Shown here piece by piece: positions 26,596-35,855 of a stretch of DNA of 64,000 nucleotides. Location of the stretch: assembly GCA_016220005.1 (NCBI GenBank), contig JACRIV010000113.1, positions 6,059 through 70,058 on the forward strand, in the 5' to 3' direction. Positions within the stretch are counted from its first letter, which is position 1; the number at the start of each line of letters is the position of its first letter. The translations under genes were made by a program, and so were the position numbers. The stretch is from Deltaproteobacteria bacterium (GTDB taxonomy: Bacteria; Desulfobacterota; Deferrimicrobia; Deferrimicrobiales; Deferrimicrobiaceae). Below the pieces are notes generated by a model that had not been told where the DNA came from, searched no databases, and saw only the letters and a list, made by a program, of their open reading frames with translations.

Positions 26596-27938
26596 CCGGG
26601 AAGCTCCCTTACAGCCTTGCGGAACGCTTCGCCCCGCTCCTCGAAGTTCCGGAACATGTCGAAGCTCGAGCACGCCGGGGAGAGGATCACGACGTCCCCG
26701 GAACGCGCCAGTTCAGCCGCCTTCCGGACCGCGGCTTCCAGGGAGTCGGCTGCCGTTAGCGGGACCGCGCCGGCCAGCTCGCGCTCCATCCTGCCGCGCG
26801 CCTCGCCGATGAGGACCACTGCCCGCGCCTTGCGGGAGAGGGGCTCGCGCATCGGCCGGAAGTCCACCCCCTTGTCTTTCCCCCCGGCGATCAGCACGAC
26901 CGGCTCGGAGAACCCCTCCAGGCACTTGAGCACCGCGCCCACGTTGGTTCCCTTGGAATCGTTGAACCAGGCCACGCCGCCGGCTTCCCGGACGAACTCG
27001 ACCCGGTGCGGCAGGCCCGGGAACGCCGAAACCGCCTCCCGCACGGCGTCGGGAGGGACGCCGATCAGCCGCGCCGCCGCGATCGCGGCCATCGCGTTCT
27101 CCACGTTCTGCGTCCCCCGGATCCGCAGCAGCGCCCGCGGATACCGCTCCTCCGCGCCCCCGAGGCGGCACACCATCTCGTCCCCTTCCAGGCACACCCC
27201 CTCTTCGAGCCGCCGCGACAGGGAGAAGGGGACCTTCCTCGACCGGATTCCGCCGGCGCGGGCGGCGACTTCCGGGTCGTCGGCGTTCAGCACGGCCGCG
27301 TCGGACCCGTCCTGGTTGCGGAAGAGCGCCATCTTCGCCGCCGCGTAGGCGTCGAAGTCCTTGTACCGGTCGCTGTGGTCCTCCGTGATGTTCAGCAGGA
27401 CCGCCACCTTCGGGCGGAACGCGTCGATCGTCTCGAGCTGGAAGCTGGAGACCTCCACGACCCCCCAGTCGCAGGGTTCGCCCGCCGCGGCGGTCAGCGG
27501 GACCCCCAGGTTCCCGCCCACGAACACGCAGCCGAAGGCGCGCGCCGCCATGTCGCCCAAAAGCGTCGTCACCGTCGACTTGCCGTTCGTCCCGGCGACC
27601 GCCGCGACGTTTCCGCGGAAGCGGCGGAACCCGAGCTCCAGCTCCCCCCAGACGGGGACGCCGAAGCGGCGCAACGCGTCCGCCGGAAGCCTGTCCGCCG
27701 GAACCCCCGGCGACAGGATCACGAGGTCGACCCCCATCGCGGCCTTCTCGCTCATGCGCCCCTGGACGAACGCCATCTGCGGCGGGATCTCCCCGCCGAG
27801 GGACTGCTCCACGGCCGCCTTCGGGCGCTCGTCCAGCAGCGTCACGCGAGCCCCCTCCCGCAGCAACAGGAGGGCCGCCGCGACTCCCGATTTGCCCGCT
27901 CCGACCACGAAGACGTTTTTCTTCTCGAACGTATCCAT
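26592..27938 (-). CDS. murD: UDP-N-acetylmuramoylalanine--D-glutamate ligase
   Basis: 448 aa. VVGAGKSGVAAA and GTNGKSTVT motifs. Confidence 0.93.
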   Translation of the reverse strand: MDTFEKKNVFVVGAGKSGVAAALLLLREGARVTLLDERPKAAVEQSLGGEIPPQMAFVQGRMSEKAAMGVDLVILSPGVPADRLPADALRRFGVPVWGELELGFRRFRGNVAAVAGTNGKSTVTTLLGDMAARAFGCVFVGGNLGVPLTAAAGEPCDWGVVEVSSFQLETIDAFRPKVAVLLNITEDHSDRYKDFDAYAAAKMALFRNQDGSDAAVLNADDPEVAARAGGIRSRKVPFSLSRRLEEGVCLEGDEMVCRLGGAEERYPRALLRIRGTQNVENAMAAIAAARLIGVPPDAVREAVSAFPGLPHRVEFVREAGGVAWFNDSKGTNVGAVLKCLEGFSEPVVLIAGGKDKGVDFRPMREPLSRKARAVVLIGEARGRMERELAGAVPLTAADSLEAAVRKAAELARSGDVVILSPACSSFDMFRNFEERGEAFRKAVRELPG

Positions 27939-27939
27939 C

Positions 27940-29016
27940 TCACCGGATCTTCAGCGTGCTGATGGCCAGGAGGGCCAGGATGATCGAGATGATCCAGAAC
28001 CGCACGATGATCTTGGGCTCCGCCCACCCCTTGAGCTCGAAGTGGTGGTGCACCGGCGCCATCCGGAAGATCCGCTTCCGGGTCGTCTTGTAGGAGTACA
28101 CCTGCAGGATCACCGAGAGCGCCTCCATCACGAAGACCCCGCCGACCAGCGCCAGGACGATCTCCTGCTTCACCATCACCGCGACCACCCCCAGCGCCGC
28201 GCCGATGGCGAGCGACCCCGTGTCCCCCATGAACACTTGGGCGGGGTACGTGTTGTACCAGAGGAACCCGATCCCCGCGCCCGCCATCGCCCCGCAGAAG
28301 ACGGTCAGTTCCCCCGCTCCAGGCACGTACTGGATCTGGAGGTAGTTGGCGATCTTGATGTGGCCGGCCAGGTACGCGAACAGCATGTACGTCCCGGCCG
28401 AGATGATGGCGGGCCCGATGGCGAGCCCGTCGAGCCCGTCGGTCAGGTTGACGGCGTTCGACGCCCCGGCGATCACGAAGATGACAAACGGGATGTAGAA
28501 CATCCCGAGGCTCGGGTTGAGCCTCTTGAAGAAGGGGATGCTCACCCGGGGCTGGATCCCGATGTCCAGGTAGATGAGGGTGGCCGCGACCGCCGCCAGG
28601 AGAAGCTGGCAGGTGAACTTCGTCCGTGCGGAGAGCCCCTTCGAATCCTTTTTGACGACCTTCTTGTAGTCGTCGACGAACCCGATCGCCCCGAACCCGA
28701 CCGTCACGAACACCGCGATCCAGATATAGGTGTTCTGCAGGTTCGCCCACAGGAGCGTAGGGATCACGATGGCGAGGACGATGAGAAGCCCGCCCATCGT
28801 GGGAGTCCCCTCCTTCGACAGGTGCCGCTCCGGACCGTCCCGCCGGATCATTTGGCCGATCTGGTGGGAGCCCAGCTCCCGGATGAGCCAGGGGCCGATC
28901 GCAAAGCAGAGCAAGAGCGCCGTGATCGCCGCGTAGATGGTCCGGAACGTGATGTACCGGAACACGTTGAAGAAGGAATAGTCCACGTGCAGTGGATAGA
29001 GAAGGTGATAGAGCAT
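27940..29016 (-). CDS. mraY: phospho-N-acetylmuramoyl-pentapeptide transferase
   Basis: 358 aa, 10-TM type. [13 protein letters not shown] and APVHHHFE motifs. Confidence 0.95.
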   Translation of the reverse strand: MLYHLLYPLHVDYSFFNVFRYITFRTIYAAITALLLCFAIGPWLIRELGSHQIGQMIRRDGPERHLSKEGTPTMGGLLIVLAIVIPTLLWANLQNTYIWIAVFVTVGFGAIGFVDDYKKVVKKDSKGLSARTKFTCQLLLAAVAATLIYLDIGIQPRVSIPFFKRLNPSLGMFYIPFVIFVIAGASNAVNLTDGLDGLAIGPAIISAGTYMLFAYLAGHIKIANYLQIQYVPGAGELTVFCGAMAGAGIGFLWYNTYPAQVFMGDTGSLAIGAALGVVAVMVKQEIVLALVGGVFVMEALSVILQVYSYKTTRKRIFRMAPVHHHFELKGWAEPKIIVRFWIISIILALLAISTLKIR

Positions 29017-29022
29017 CGTCTT

Positions 29023-30438
29023 TCAGGTCCACTCCCTTTCGATCTCCGCGGCGACCTCGTCGAGCCGCATCCCCCTGGATCCCTTGACCAGGATGACGTC
29101 GCCATCGCGCAGCGCGCCCATGAGCATCGTTTTCAGGCTGTCCTTGTCCCCGGTGTGCGCCACCGTCTCGGGGTCCATCCCCCCCTCGAGGGCGCCCCGG
29201 GCGATCCGCGCCGCCTCCTCGCCATAGGTGAACAGGAGGTCCGGGCCGGACGAGGCGAGCAGGTGACCGATCCGGAAGTGGGAGGACGCCGACGCCTCCC
29301 CGAGCTCCAGCATGTCCCCCAGGACGACCACGCAGCGCCTCCCCCCGCGGAGGATCCGGAGGCTCCGGATGGCGGCCTCCGTCGAGGCCGGGTTGGCGTT
29401 ATAGGTGTCGTCCAGGAGCAGCCCTCCGCCGCGCAGGGCGACGGAGTGGAACCTCCCCCTCACCGGGGCGAAAGCGGAGAAGCCGCCCGCAAGCTCCGTG
29501 GGGCGCATCCCCAGGACATAGGCGGCGGCCGCGGCCGCCAGGGCGTTCATGAGGTGGTGCTCCCCCGTCACAGGGAGGTCCGAGGTGAACTCGCCGGAGG
29601 GGGTGCGCACGGCGATCCGCATCCCCCGGTCGTCCATGGACAGGATCCGGCCGGAGAACTCGTTCAAGGCGACGCCGTAGAAGATCTTCCGCGTCCGGCA
29701 CCGCCCCGCCTCGCGGACCACGCGCAGGTCGGTCGCGTTCACCACCGCTGTCCCCTCCTCCGCGAGCCCCCGGAAGAGGTCCCCCTTCTCTCGCGCCACC
29801 CCCTCGAGGCTTCCCAGCCCCTGCAGGTGCGCCGGGGCGATGTTGGTGACGATCCCGATGTCGGGGGCGGCGATCTCCGAAAGACGCGCGATCTCGCCCG
29901 GCCGGTTCGTCCCCATCTCCATCACGGCGGCGTCGTGCTCCTCGGAGAGCGCAAGCAGCGCGAGCGGCATCCCGATCAGGTTGTTGCGGTTGCCGAGGTT
30001 CCGCAGGACGCTCCGCCCCCCGGACAGAAGCCCGGCAAGCATCTCCTTCGTGGAGGTCTTCCCCGAGCTGCCGGTGATCCCCACGAGAGGGATCTTCCGC
30101 AACCGCTGCCGGTGCGCGTGCGCGAGGTCGCCCAGCGCCTCGACGGGGTCGTGGACGACGAAGACGGGGTTCCCGGACAGGACCGGCCCGGGTACCTTCG
30201 CCGCCCCTTCCTCCGACACGAGGGCCGCCAGCGCCCCCTTCCGGAACGCTTCCTCCGTGAAGTCGGCCCCGTCGACCTTCTCTCCCGGCAGGGCGATGAA
30301 CAGCGCTCCCGGCTCGACCTCCCGGCTGTCGGTCGTGACCCGCCCGATCGGCATGCGGTGCGGAATCCGCCCCCCCACCCGGAGGGGGTGGACCGCCCCG
30401 ATGGCCTCCTCCAGGGTCAGTCTACCCGTTGCCGGCAA
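29023..30438 (-). CDS. murF: UDP-N-acetylmuramoyl-tripeptide--D-alanyl-D-alanine ligase
   Basis: About 471 aa. TTG at 30438 overlaps the murE end by 17 nt, and the upstream ATG at 30507 is less plausible. VTTDSREVEPGALFIAL and GITGSSGKTSTKEM motifs. Confidence 0.85.
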   Translation of the reverse strand: MPATGRLTLEEAIGAVHPLRVGGRIPHRMPIGRVTTDSREVEPGALFIALPGEKVDGADFTEEAFRKGALAALVSEEGAAKVPGPVLSGNPVFVVHDPVEALGDLAHAHRQRLRKIPLVGITGSSGKTSTKEMLAGLLSGGRSVLRNLGNRNNLIGMPLALLALSEEHDAAVMEMGTNRPGEIARLSEIAAPDIGIVTNIAPAHLQGLGSLEGVAREKGDLFRGLAEEGTAVVNATDLRVVREAGRCRTRKIFYGVALNEFSGRILSMDDRGMRIAVRTPSGEFTSDLPVTGEHHLMNALAAAAAAYVLGMRPTELAGGFSAFAPVRGRFHSVALRGGGLLLDDTYNANPASTEAAIRSLRILRGGRRCVVVLGDMLELGEASASSHFRIGHLLASSGPDLLFTYGEEAARIARGALEGGMDPETVAHTGDKDSLKTMLMGALRDGDVILVKGSRGMRLDEVAAEIEREWT

Positions 30439-31918
30439 GCATTCCCCGGACCGTTTCCCGGTCGTCGAACGGCAGACTCCGGTCCCCGATGAGCTGTACA
30501 TTCTCATGTCCTTTCCCGGCGATCGCCACCGTGTCCCCGGGCTCCGCTATCGAGAGCGCCCGGGCGATCGCCGCCTTCCTGTCGGGAAGCACGACGAAAT
30601 AGCCCTGGTCCCACGCCACCTCCTCCGACGCCTCGATCAACCCTTCCCCCGTGAGCCCCGGCAGGATGTCCCGGATGATCGCGTCGGGATCCTCGTTCCG
30701 GGGGTTGTCGGAGGTCACCACGACCACGTCCGAACGGAGCGCCGCGATCCGTCCCATCTCCGGGCGCTTGGCCCGGTCGCGGTTCCCGCCGCACCCGAAG
30801 ACCGTGATGAGCCTCCCTTCGGTGAGGCCGGAGAGCGTGCTTAGGACCCGGTCCAGCCCCTGGGGGGTGTGGGCGTAATCCACATAAACGTGCAGCCCGC
30901 GGCGGTTGAGGATCTCCTCCATCCTCCCGGGAATGACGTCCAATCGCCCCACTCCCTCGCGGATCGCTTCGGAAGATACCCCCATGAGGGTCGCTGCGCA
31001 GACGGCCGCCATCACGTTAGACGCGTTGTATGCCCCGATCAGCTTCGTGCGCAGGTCGAGGACACCCCCCGGGACGTGGAGCGCGAGCCGGGTCCCTCCC
31101 CACGTCATGTCCGCTTCCTCGGGGAACACGGTCCGGTTCCGGGAGAACCCGTAGGTCATCGCCCCGGGGAACTCCCGCGCCAGCCGCTCCCCGTAGGGGT
31201 CGTCCGCGTTGATAGCCATCCCCGTCCGCTTCCCCCCGGCCGGGAGATACTCCCGGAAGAACCGCGCCTTCGCGGCGAAGTACGACTCCATGTCGCCATG
31301 GAAGTCCAGGTGGTCGTGGGACAGGTTGGTGAACACCCCCGCGTCGAACCGGACCCCCGCGATCCTCCCCTGGGCCGCGCTGTGGGACGATACCTCCATC
31401 AGGAGATGGGTGGCTCCCCGGCGGGCCGCCTCGGCCATCACCTCCTGCAGCTCGTGGGGAAAGGGGGTCGTCAGCCCCGTGCGGAGCGTTTCCCCCCCCA
31501 CACGGTAATTGATGGTGCCGATCACGGCGGTCCGGCGCCCAGCGGCGGAGAGGATCGACTCCAGAAGATACGTGACCGTCGTCTTCCCGTTGGTCCCCGT
31601 CACCCCGGCCACCGCAAGCCCTTCGGACGGGTCGCCGTAAAAGCTCGCCGCCGCCGCGGGCAGAGCGGAGGCGGTGGAGGACACCCGTACCGTGGAGAGC
31701 GGGGGGGAGGGGAACTCCTTTTCGACCAGCGCCGCCGCGGCGCCCGCACGCGCCGCCTGCTCGAGGAACGCGTGGCCGTCGGCATGCTCGCCCCGGACGG
31801 CGACGAACAGGTCGCCTTTCCTGACCTTCCGGGAGTCGATCGAAATGCCGCCGATTTCCAGATTACCATGCCCGGTCTCCCCCGGCAGAACGTTTTTCAG
31901 GACCTGGGAAAGACGCAT
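30422..31918 (-). CDS. murE: UDP-N-acetylmuramoyl-L-alanyl-D-glutamate--2,6-diaminopimelate ligase
   Basis: 498 aa. SIDSRKVRKGDLFVA, GVTGTNGKTT and DNPR motifs. Confidence 0.93.
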   Translation of the reverse strand: MRLSQVLKNVLPGETGHGNLEIGGISIDSRKVRKGDLFVAVRGEHADGHAFLEQAARAGAAAALVEKEFPSPPLSTVRVSSTASALPAAAASFYGDPSEGLAVAGVTGTNGKTTVTYLLESILSAAGRRTAVIGTINYRVGGETLRTGLTTPFPHELQEVMAEAARRGATHLLMEVSSHSAAQGRIAGVRFDAGVFTNLSHDHLDFHGDMESYFAAKARFFREYLPAGGKRTGMAINADDPYGERLAREFPGAMTYGFSRNRTVFPEEADMTWGGTRLALHVPGGVLDLRTKLIGAYNASNVMAAVCAATLMGVSSEAIREGVGRLDVIPGRMEEILNRRGLHVYVDYAHTPQGLDRVLSTLSGLTEGRLITVFGCGGNRDRAKRPEMGRIAALRSDVVVVTSDNPRNEDPDAIIRDILPGLTGEGLIEASEEVAWDQGYFVVLPDRKAAIARALSIAEPGDTVAIAGKGHENVQLIGDRSLPFDDRETVRGMLAGNG

Positions 31919-31925
31919 CTCCCGC

Positions 31926-33926
31926 TCATCGCCCCCCGAAGCTCACGGTGCATTCCGTGCCGGGAACCAGCACCTGGCCGGGCGGGGGCGACTGCTGAAC
32001 GGCAACCCCGGTCCCGGCGAGGTTGAGCTTGACCGAATACCGCCCCATCACGTCCACCACCCTGCCCATGCTCAGGCCCCGCAGTTCCGGCATGACCATG
32101 GAGCTCTCCAAGGAGGCCGAGGAGACACGGGTGATCTTGACCGCACCGCCCTGCCGCCCTTCCTCCGCCCCCCCTCTTCCCTTCTCCTTCTCGTTCTGCG
32201 CCACGGAGCGGGAGGCCGGCTCGGTGGGAGGGATACCCAGGTAGTAGGCGGTCTTCACCGCGATCTGGTTGAAGGCCGGCGCCGCGACCACGCCGCCGTA
32301 CACCTGGCCCTTCGGTTCGTCGATGACCACGAGGATCAGCAGCTCGGGGTCGTGGAGGGGAAGGAATCCGATGAAGGAGGAGACCCGCTTGTTCGGCGAG
32401 TACCTGCCGCTCCCTACCTCGACCTTCTGCGCTGTGCCCGTCTTGCCGCCGACGAGGAACCCCTTGATGCGGGCCTGCGTCCCCGTGCCGTCCTCCTGGA
32501 CGACCGTCCCCAGGATCTCCCGCATCGTCTCCGACGTCTTCGGCGAGATGACCCGCCGCAGCTCCGTAGGCGTGCCGCGGTACACGATCTTCCCCTCGGG
32601 GTCCCGGATCTCCTTGACGATGTACGGCTTCATCACCTTCCCGCCGTTGACGATCGCCGCCGTGGCGCCGGCGAGCTGAAGCGGCGTCACCGAGATCCCC
32701 TGGCCGAAGGACACGGTGGCGCGCCGGATCCCCTTGAACCCGCCGCGCGGGGGGACGAGCCCGCCCGCCTCCCCGATCAGCTCGAGCCCCGTCCGCGTCC
32801 CGAACCCGAACGCCCGGATCATGTCGTAGAACCGCCCGGGGTCCATCCGCTCGCTGATCTTCGAGGCTCCGATGTTGCTCGAGTACTTCAGCACCTCCGG
32901 CGCCGTCAGCCAGCCGTAGCGGTGGGTGTCGTGGAGGACCCGGCCCGCGTACCGGTAGGCGCCGTTCTCGCAGAAGAACTTGTCCGAGGTCGTGACGCTC
33001 CCCGTCTCCAGCGCGGCGGCCATCGTGAATACCTTGAACGTGGAGCCCGGCTCGAAGCTGTCGGTCAAGGCGTGGTTCTTCCGGGCCTCCGGGACGGCGG
33101 TCCCCGGGGTGTTGGGGTTGTAGGTCGGGGAGGACGCCATCGCGAGAATCTCGCCGGTCTTGGGCTGCATCACCAGCGCGATCCCCCCGCGGGCGTTGTA
33201 TTTCGCGATCGACTCATTAAGCTCGCTCTCGGCCGTGTGCTGGACATTGCGGTCGATGGTGAGCGACACCGAGTGCCCCTTGGAATTGACCTCCACCGGC
33301 GTCGAGGAGGGGACGATGATCCGGCCGCGCGCGTCCCGCTCGCACATCAGGAACGCCCGTTCGCCGCGCAGGTACTTGTCCAGGGACAGCTCGACTCCCT
33401 CGATGCCGACGCTGTCGAGGTCGGTGAACCCGAGGAGCGAAGAGGCGAGCTCCCGGTTCGGGTAAAAGCGCTTGGGCTCCTCCACGATGCCGATGCCGTC
33501 CTCCCCGCCCCGGCCATTCCCGTTCCCGAGCGCCTCGCGGATCTCCCGCACGGCTTCCTCGGCCGTCGAGGCGGGGATCTGGCGCTTCACCCACAGGAAG
33601 CTCTTCTCGGAGGAGAACCGCTTGCGCAGCTCCGCGGCGGGGCGGGAGAGGCGCCGGGAGAGGAGCTCGGCCGCGGTGCCGGCCGATTTCAGCTTGGCGG
33701 GCTGGACGAAGATCGATTTCGTGGCGACGCTGACCGCGAGCTCGTTGCCGGTCCGGTCCAGGATCGCCCCGCGCTTCGGGACCAGGGGGATCTTCACGCA
33801 GTACTGTTTGGCGCCCCGCTCGCGGATCCCCGCCACGCCAAGGACCTGGATGTGGAACGCCCGGAGCACCACGAGCAGATAGACTGCCGCCAGCCCGTAA
33901 AGGATGAACCGGGCGCGGGGGTTCAT
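31926..33926 (-). CDS. ftsI: penicillin-binding protein 3-type transpeptidase
   Basis: 666 aa from ATG 33926 (ATGA overlap with ftsL). N-terminal TM. SxxK (STFK), SxN (SSN) and KTG (KTGTA) motifs all present. Confidence 0.92.
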   Translation of the reverse strand: MNPRARFILYGLAAVYLLVVLRAFHIQVLGVAGIRERGAKQYCVKIPLVPKRGAILDRTGNELAVSVATKSIFVQPAKLKSAGTAAELLSRRLSRPAAELRKRFSSEKSFLWVKRQIPASTAEEAVREIREALGNGNGRGGEDGIGIVEEPKRFYPNRELASSLLGFTDLDSVGIEGVELSLDKYLRGERAFLMCERDARGRIIVPSSTPVEVNSKGHSVSLTIDRNVQHTAESELNESIAKYNARGGIALVMQPKTGEILAMASSPTYNPNTPGTAVPEARKNHALTDSFEPGSTFKVFTMAAALETGSVTTSDKFFCENGAYRYAGRVLHDTHRYGWLTAPEVLKYSSNIGASKISERMDPGRFYDMIRAFGFGTRTGLELIGEAGGLVPPRGGFKGIRRATVSFGQGISVTPLQLAGATAAIVNGGKVMKPYIVKEIRDPEGKIVYRGTPTELRRVISPKTSETMREILGTVVQEDGTGTQARIKGFLVGGKTGTAQKVEVGSGRYSPNKRVSSFIGFLPLHDPELLILVVIDEPKGQVYGGVVAAPAFNQIAVKTAYYLGIPPTEPASRSVAQNEKEKGRGGAEEGRQGGAVKITRVSSASLESSMVMPELRGLSMGRVVDVMGRYSVKLNLAGTGVAVQQSPPPGQVLVPGTECTVSFGGR

Positions 33927-34264
33927 CTCACCCGGATCATCCTCTCCGTCTTCGGATCCACCATCCCAAGCTGGGCCTTGGCGATCGCCTCGATCCGCGC
34001 GGGACTCCGAAGCATCAGGATCTCGGTCTTCAGGAGGTCCTGCTCCTTCTTCAGGTTTCGCTGCTCCTCCAGGGTGGAGGAGACCGCGTACCCGATCCGG
34101 TAGTACTGCCCGGAGATCCACACGTTGAACAGGGCGACGCCGAGCACCAGGGAGAAGACTCCCATAAGCCGGCGGCGCCTGGGGAGCTGCGGGAACAACA
34201 CCGGGGTTTCCTTCCGGATCTCCGTGATCATGCACACGCCGTTTCCGACCGCTATCCTTCGCAT
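33923..34264 (-). CDS. ftsL: cell division protein FtsL
   Basis: 113 aa. ATG 34264 is preceded by AGGAGGAG and overlaps the rsmH end by 13 nt. Single TM plus coiled-coil. dcw position supports the call. Confidence 0.8.
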   Translation of the reverse strand: MRRIAVGNGVCMITEIRKETPVLFPQLPRRRRLMGVFSLVLGVALFNVWISGQYYRIGYAVSSTLEEQRNLKKEQDLLKTEILMLRSPARIEAIAKAQLGMVDPKTERMIRVR

Positions 34265-35175
34265 GGGCTCTCCTCCTGTCCTCTGCGGCGGGCCGCGCGA
34301 AGCTTGGCGCTCCGGGCCCGCGGGTTCCGCTCCTTCTCCTCCGGCCCCGGGACCACAGGCTTGCGGGTCAGAATCTCAAGGACCGCGTCCTTGCCCGCCG
34401 ACTGCGCCCGGAAAGCCGTCTTCACCAGCCTGTCCTCCAACGAATGAAAACCGATCACCGCCGCCCTTCCCCTCGGCGCGAGGTGCCGCGCGAACTCCTC
34501 GAGAAAGACCGAGAGCGATTCGAGCTCCCGGTTCACCGCGATCCGGAGCGCCTGGAACACCCGCGTGGCCGGATGGATGTCCCTCGGCCACGCCTTCCTC
34601 GGAATCGCCCTCTTTACCAGCTCGGCGAGCTGCAGCGTCCGTTCGATCGGCTCTTTCCTTCTGCGCTCTACGATCGCCCGCGCGATGCGCCGGGAGAACC
34701 GTTCCTCCCCGAACCGGTAGAAGATGTCCGCCAGCTCTTTCTCGTTCGCCCGCCGGAGAAGCTCCCTCGCGGCGGAAACCGGGGCGCCCGGATCGCGCCG
34801 CATGTCCAGCGGGCCGTCCTCCCGGAACGAGAACCCCCGCGCGGGGTCGTCGAGCTGGAGCGAGGACAACCCCAGGTCGAGGAGCATCCCGTCGAACGGC
34901 CGGCCGCCCGCAGCCCCCCTGAGCCTTGCGAGTTCGGAGAAATCCGCATGGACCGTCCGGACGAAAGGGAAGCCGCGGAGGCGCTCGGCGGCCCTTGCGA
35001 GCATCTCGGGGTCCCCGTCGGCGCACACCAGGATTCCTTCCGGCCCGATCCTCCGGGCGATCTCCTCGGCGTGGCCCCCCGCGCCGACCGTCCCGTCCAG
35101 GAAGACCTCTCCGGGGGAGGGGGAAAGCAGTCCCAACGTCTCTTGTAAAAGAACGGGGATGTGGCCCGCGGACAA
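34252..35175 (-). CDS. rsmH: 16S rRNA (cytosine1402-N4)-methyltransferase
   Basis: 307 aa with TTG start. HIPVLLQE, DGTVGAGGH and DLGLSS motifs. Confidence 0.93.
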   Translation of the reverse strand: MSAGHIPVLLQETLGLLSPSPGEVFLDGTVGAGGHAEEIARRIGPEGILVCADGDPEMLARAAERLRGFPFVRTVHADFSELARLRGAAGGRPFDGMLLDLGLSSLQLDDPARGFSFREDGPLDMRRDPGAPVSAARELLRRANEKELADIFYRFGEERFSRRIARAIVERRRKEPIERTLQLAELVKRAIPRKAWPRDIHPATRVFQALRIAVNRELESLSVFLEEFARHLAPRGRAAVIGFHSLEDRLVKTAFRAQSAGKDAVLEILTRKPVVPGPEEKERNPRARSAKLRAARRRGQEESPCEG

Positions 35176-35179
35176 CTCG

Positions 35180-35632
35180 TCAGATCCCGAGCGAGTTGAT
35201 CTCCCGTGCGAGCTCGGGATCCTCGAACCCTTCCTTCTCGAACCGTCCTATCTCTTCCTGCCACTTCGTCAGCGACCAGATCTCGAAGCGGTTGGGCATC
35301 CCCGTGATGACGACATCCTTGTCGAGCCCCGCGTACGAGCGAAGCGACGGCGGGACCAGGATCCGGCCCTGCTTGTCCGGCACGACTTCCACGCCCCCGC
35401 CGATGAAGAAGCGGAGGAAGGTGTTGAGCTTCCGATCAACGCTGGAGACCTTGGAGAGCTTCTCCTCGATCCGCGCCCAATCGTCCGACGGGTAGGCGTA
35501 GAGGCACCCCTGGTAGTTGGTGACGACTAACGATTCCTGGCCGGATTCCTGGAGTTGCTCGCGGAAGCGGGCAGGGATGTTCACCCTGCCTTTCGGATCG
35601 ATGGTATATTCGAATCGTCCTCGGAAGATCAT
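35180..35632 (-). CDS. mraZ: transcriptional regulator MraZ
   Basis: 150 aa from ATG 35632 (MIFRGRFEYTIDPKGRVNIPARFR). Second SpoVT-AbrB half DKQGRILVPPSLR. Confidence 0.92.
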   Translation of the reverse strand: MIFRGRFEYTIDPKGRVNIPARFREQLQESGQESLVVTNYQGCLYAYPSDDWARIEEKLSKVSSVDRKLNTFLRFFIGGGVEVVPDKQGRILVPPSLRSYAGLDKDVVITGMPNRFEIWSLTKWQEEIGRFEKEGFEDPELAREINSLGI

Positions 35633-35645
35633 GGTGGCCGCTACA

Positions 35646-35670
35646 CCCACCTTTCCCCACAATTACCCAC
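35646..35670 (-). promoter_or_regulatory. Three direct GTGGG repeats at exact 10-bp phasing, candidate MraZ operator
   Basis: The minus strand reads GTGGGTAATT GTGGGGAAAG GTGGGTGTAG. Located between the putative -10 and the mraZ ATG. Confidence 0.6.
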
Positions 35671-35678
35671 TAGCGGCC

Positions 35679-35706
35679 ATTTTATCCGTTGGGGTGCTGG
35701 TGTCAA
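35679..35706 (-). promoter_or_regulatory. Putative dcw promoter (TTGACA-16 nt-TAAAAT)
   Basis: Perfect -35 and 5/6 -10 read on the minus strand, 47 nt upstream of the mraZ ATG. Confidence 0.55.
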
Positions 35707-35855
35707 GCAATTTATGCGGAATACCGGATGGAAAACGGATCTAAAAAACCGTTTTGTTGCTCAGTGGGAGAGGTTTCCTGGAGCCGGCATTCTTTTGCAG
35801 GGAACCCGGGCGGCGAAGGGGGGATGGGCGGGGGCCCGGGAAGGCCCCCGCCAGC

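Noticed and set aside
27361-30492. 1043-aa plus-strand ORF, the longest in the track
   Set aside because: It is antisense to murD, mraY and murF, which carry unmistakable motifs. Its translation is Arg/Pro/Gly/Asp-rich low-complexity sequence typical of shadow ORFs in GC-rich DNA.
35826-35851. GC-rich hairpin GGCGGGGGCC-CGGGAA-GGCCCCCGCC just after the fumarate hydratase stop, as an intrinsic terminator
   Set aside because: The stem is perfect (10 bp), but no U-tract follows on the minus strand. A weaker AAAACGG...CCGTTTT hairpin at 35732-35754 has one. Neither could be supported well enough to list as a feature.
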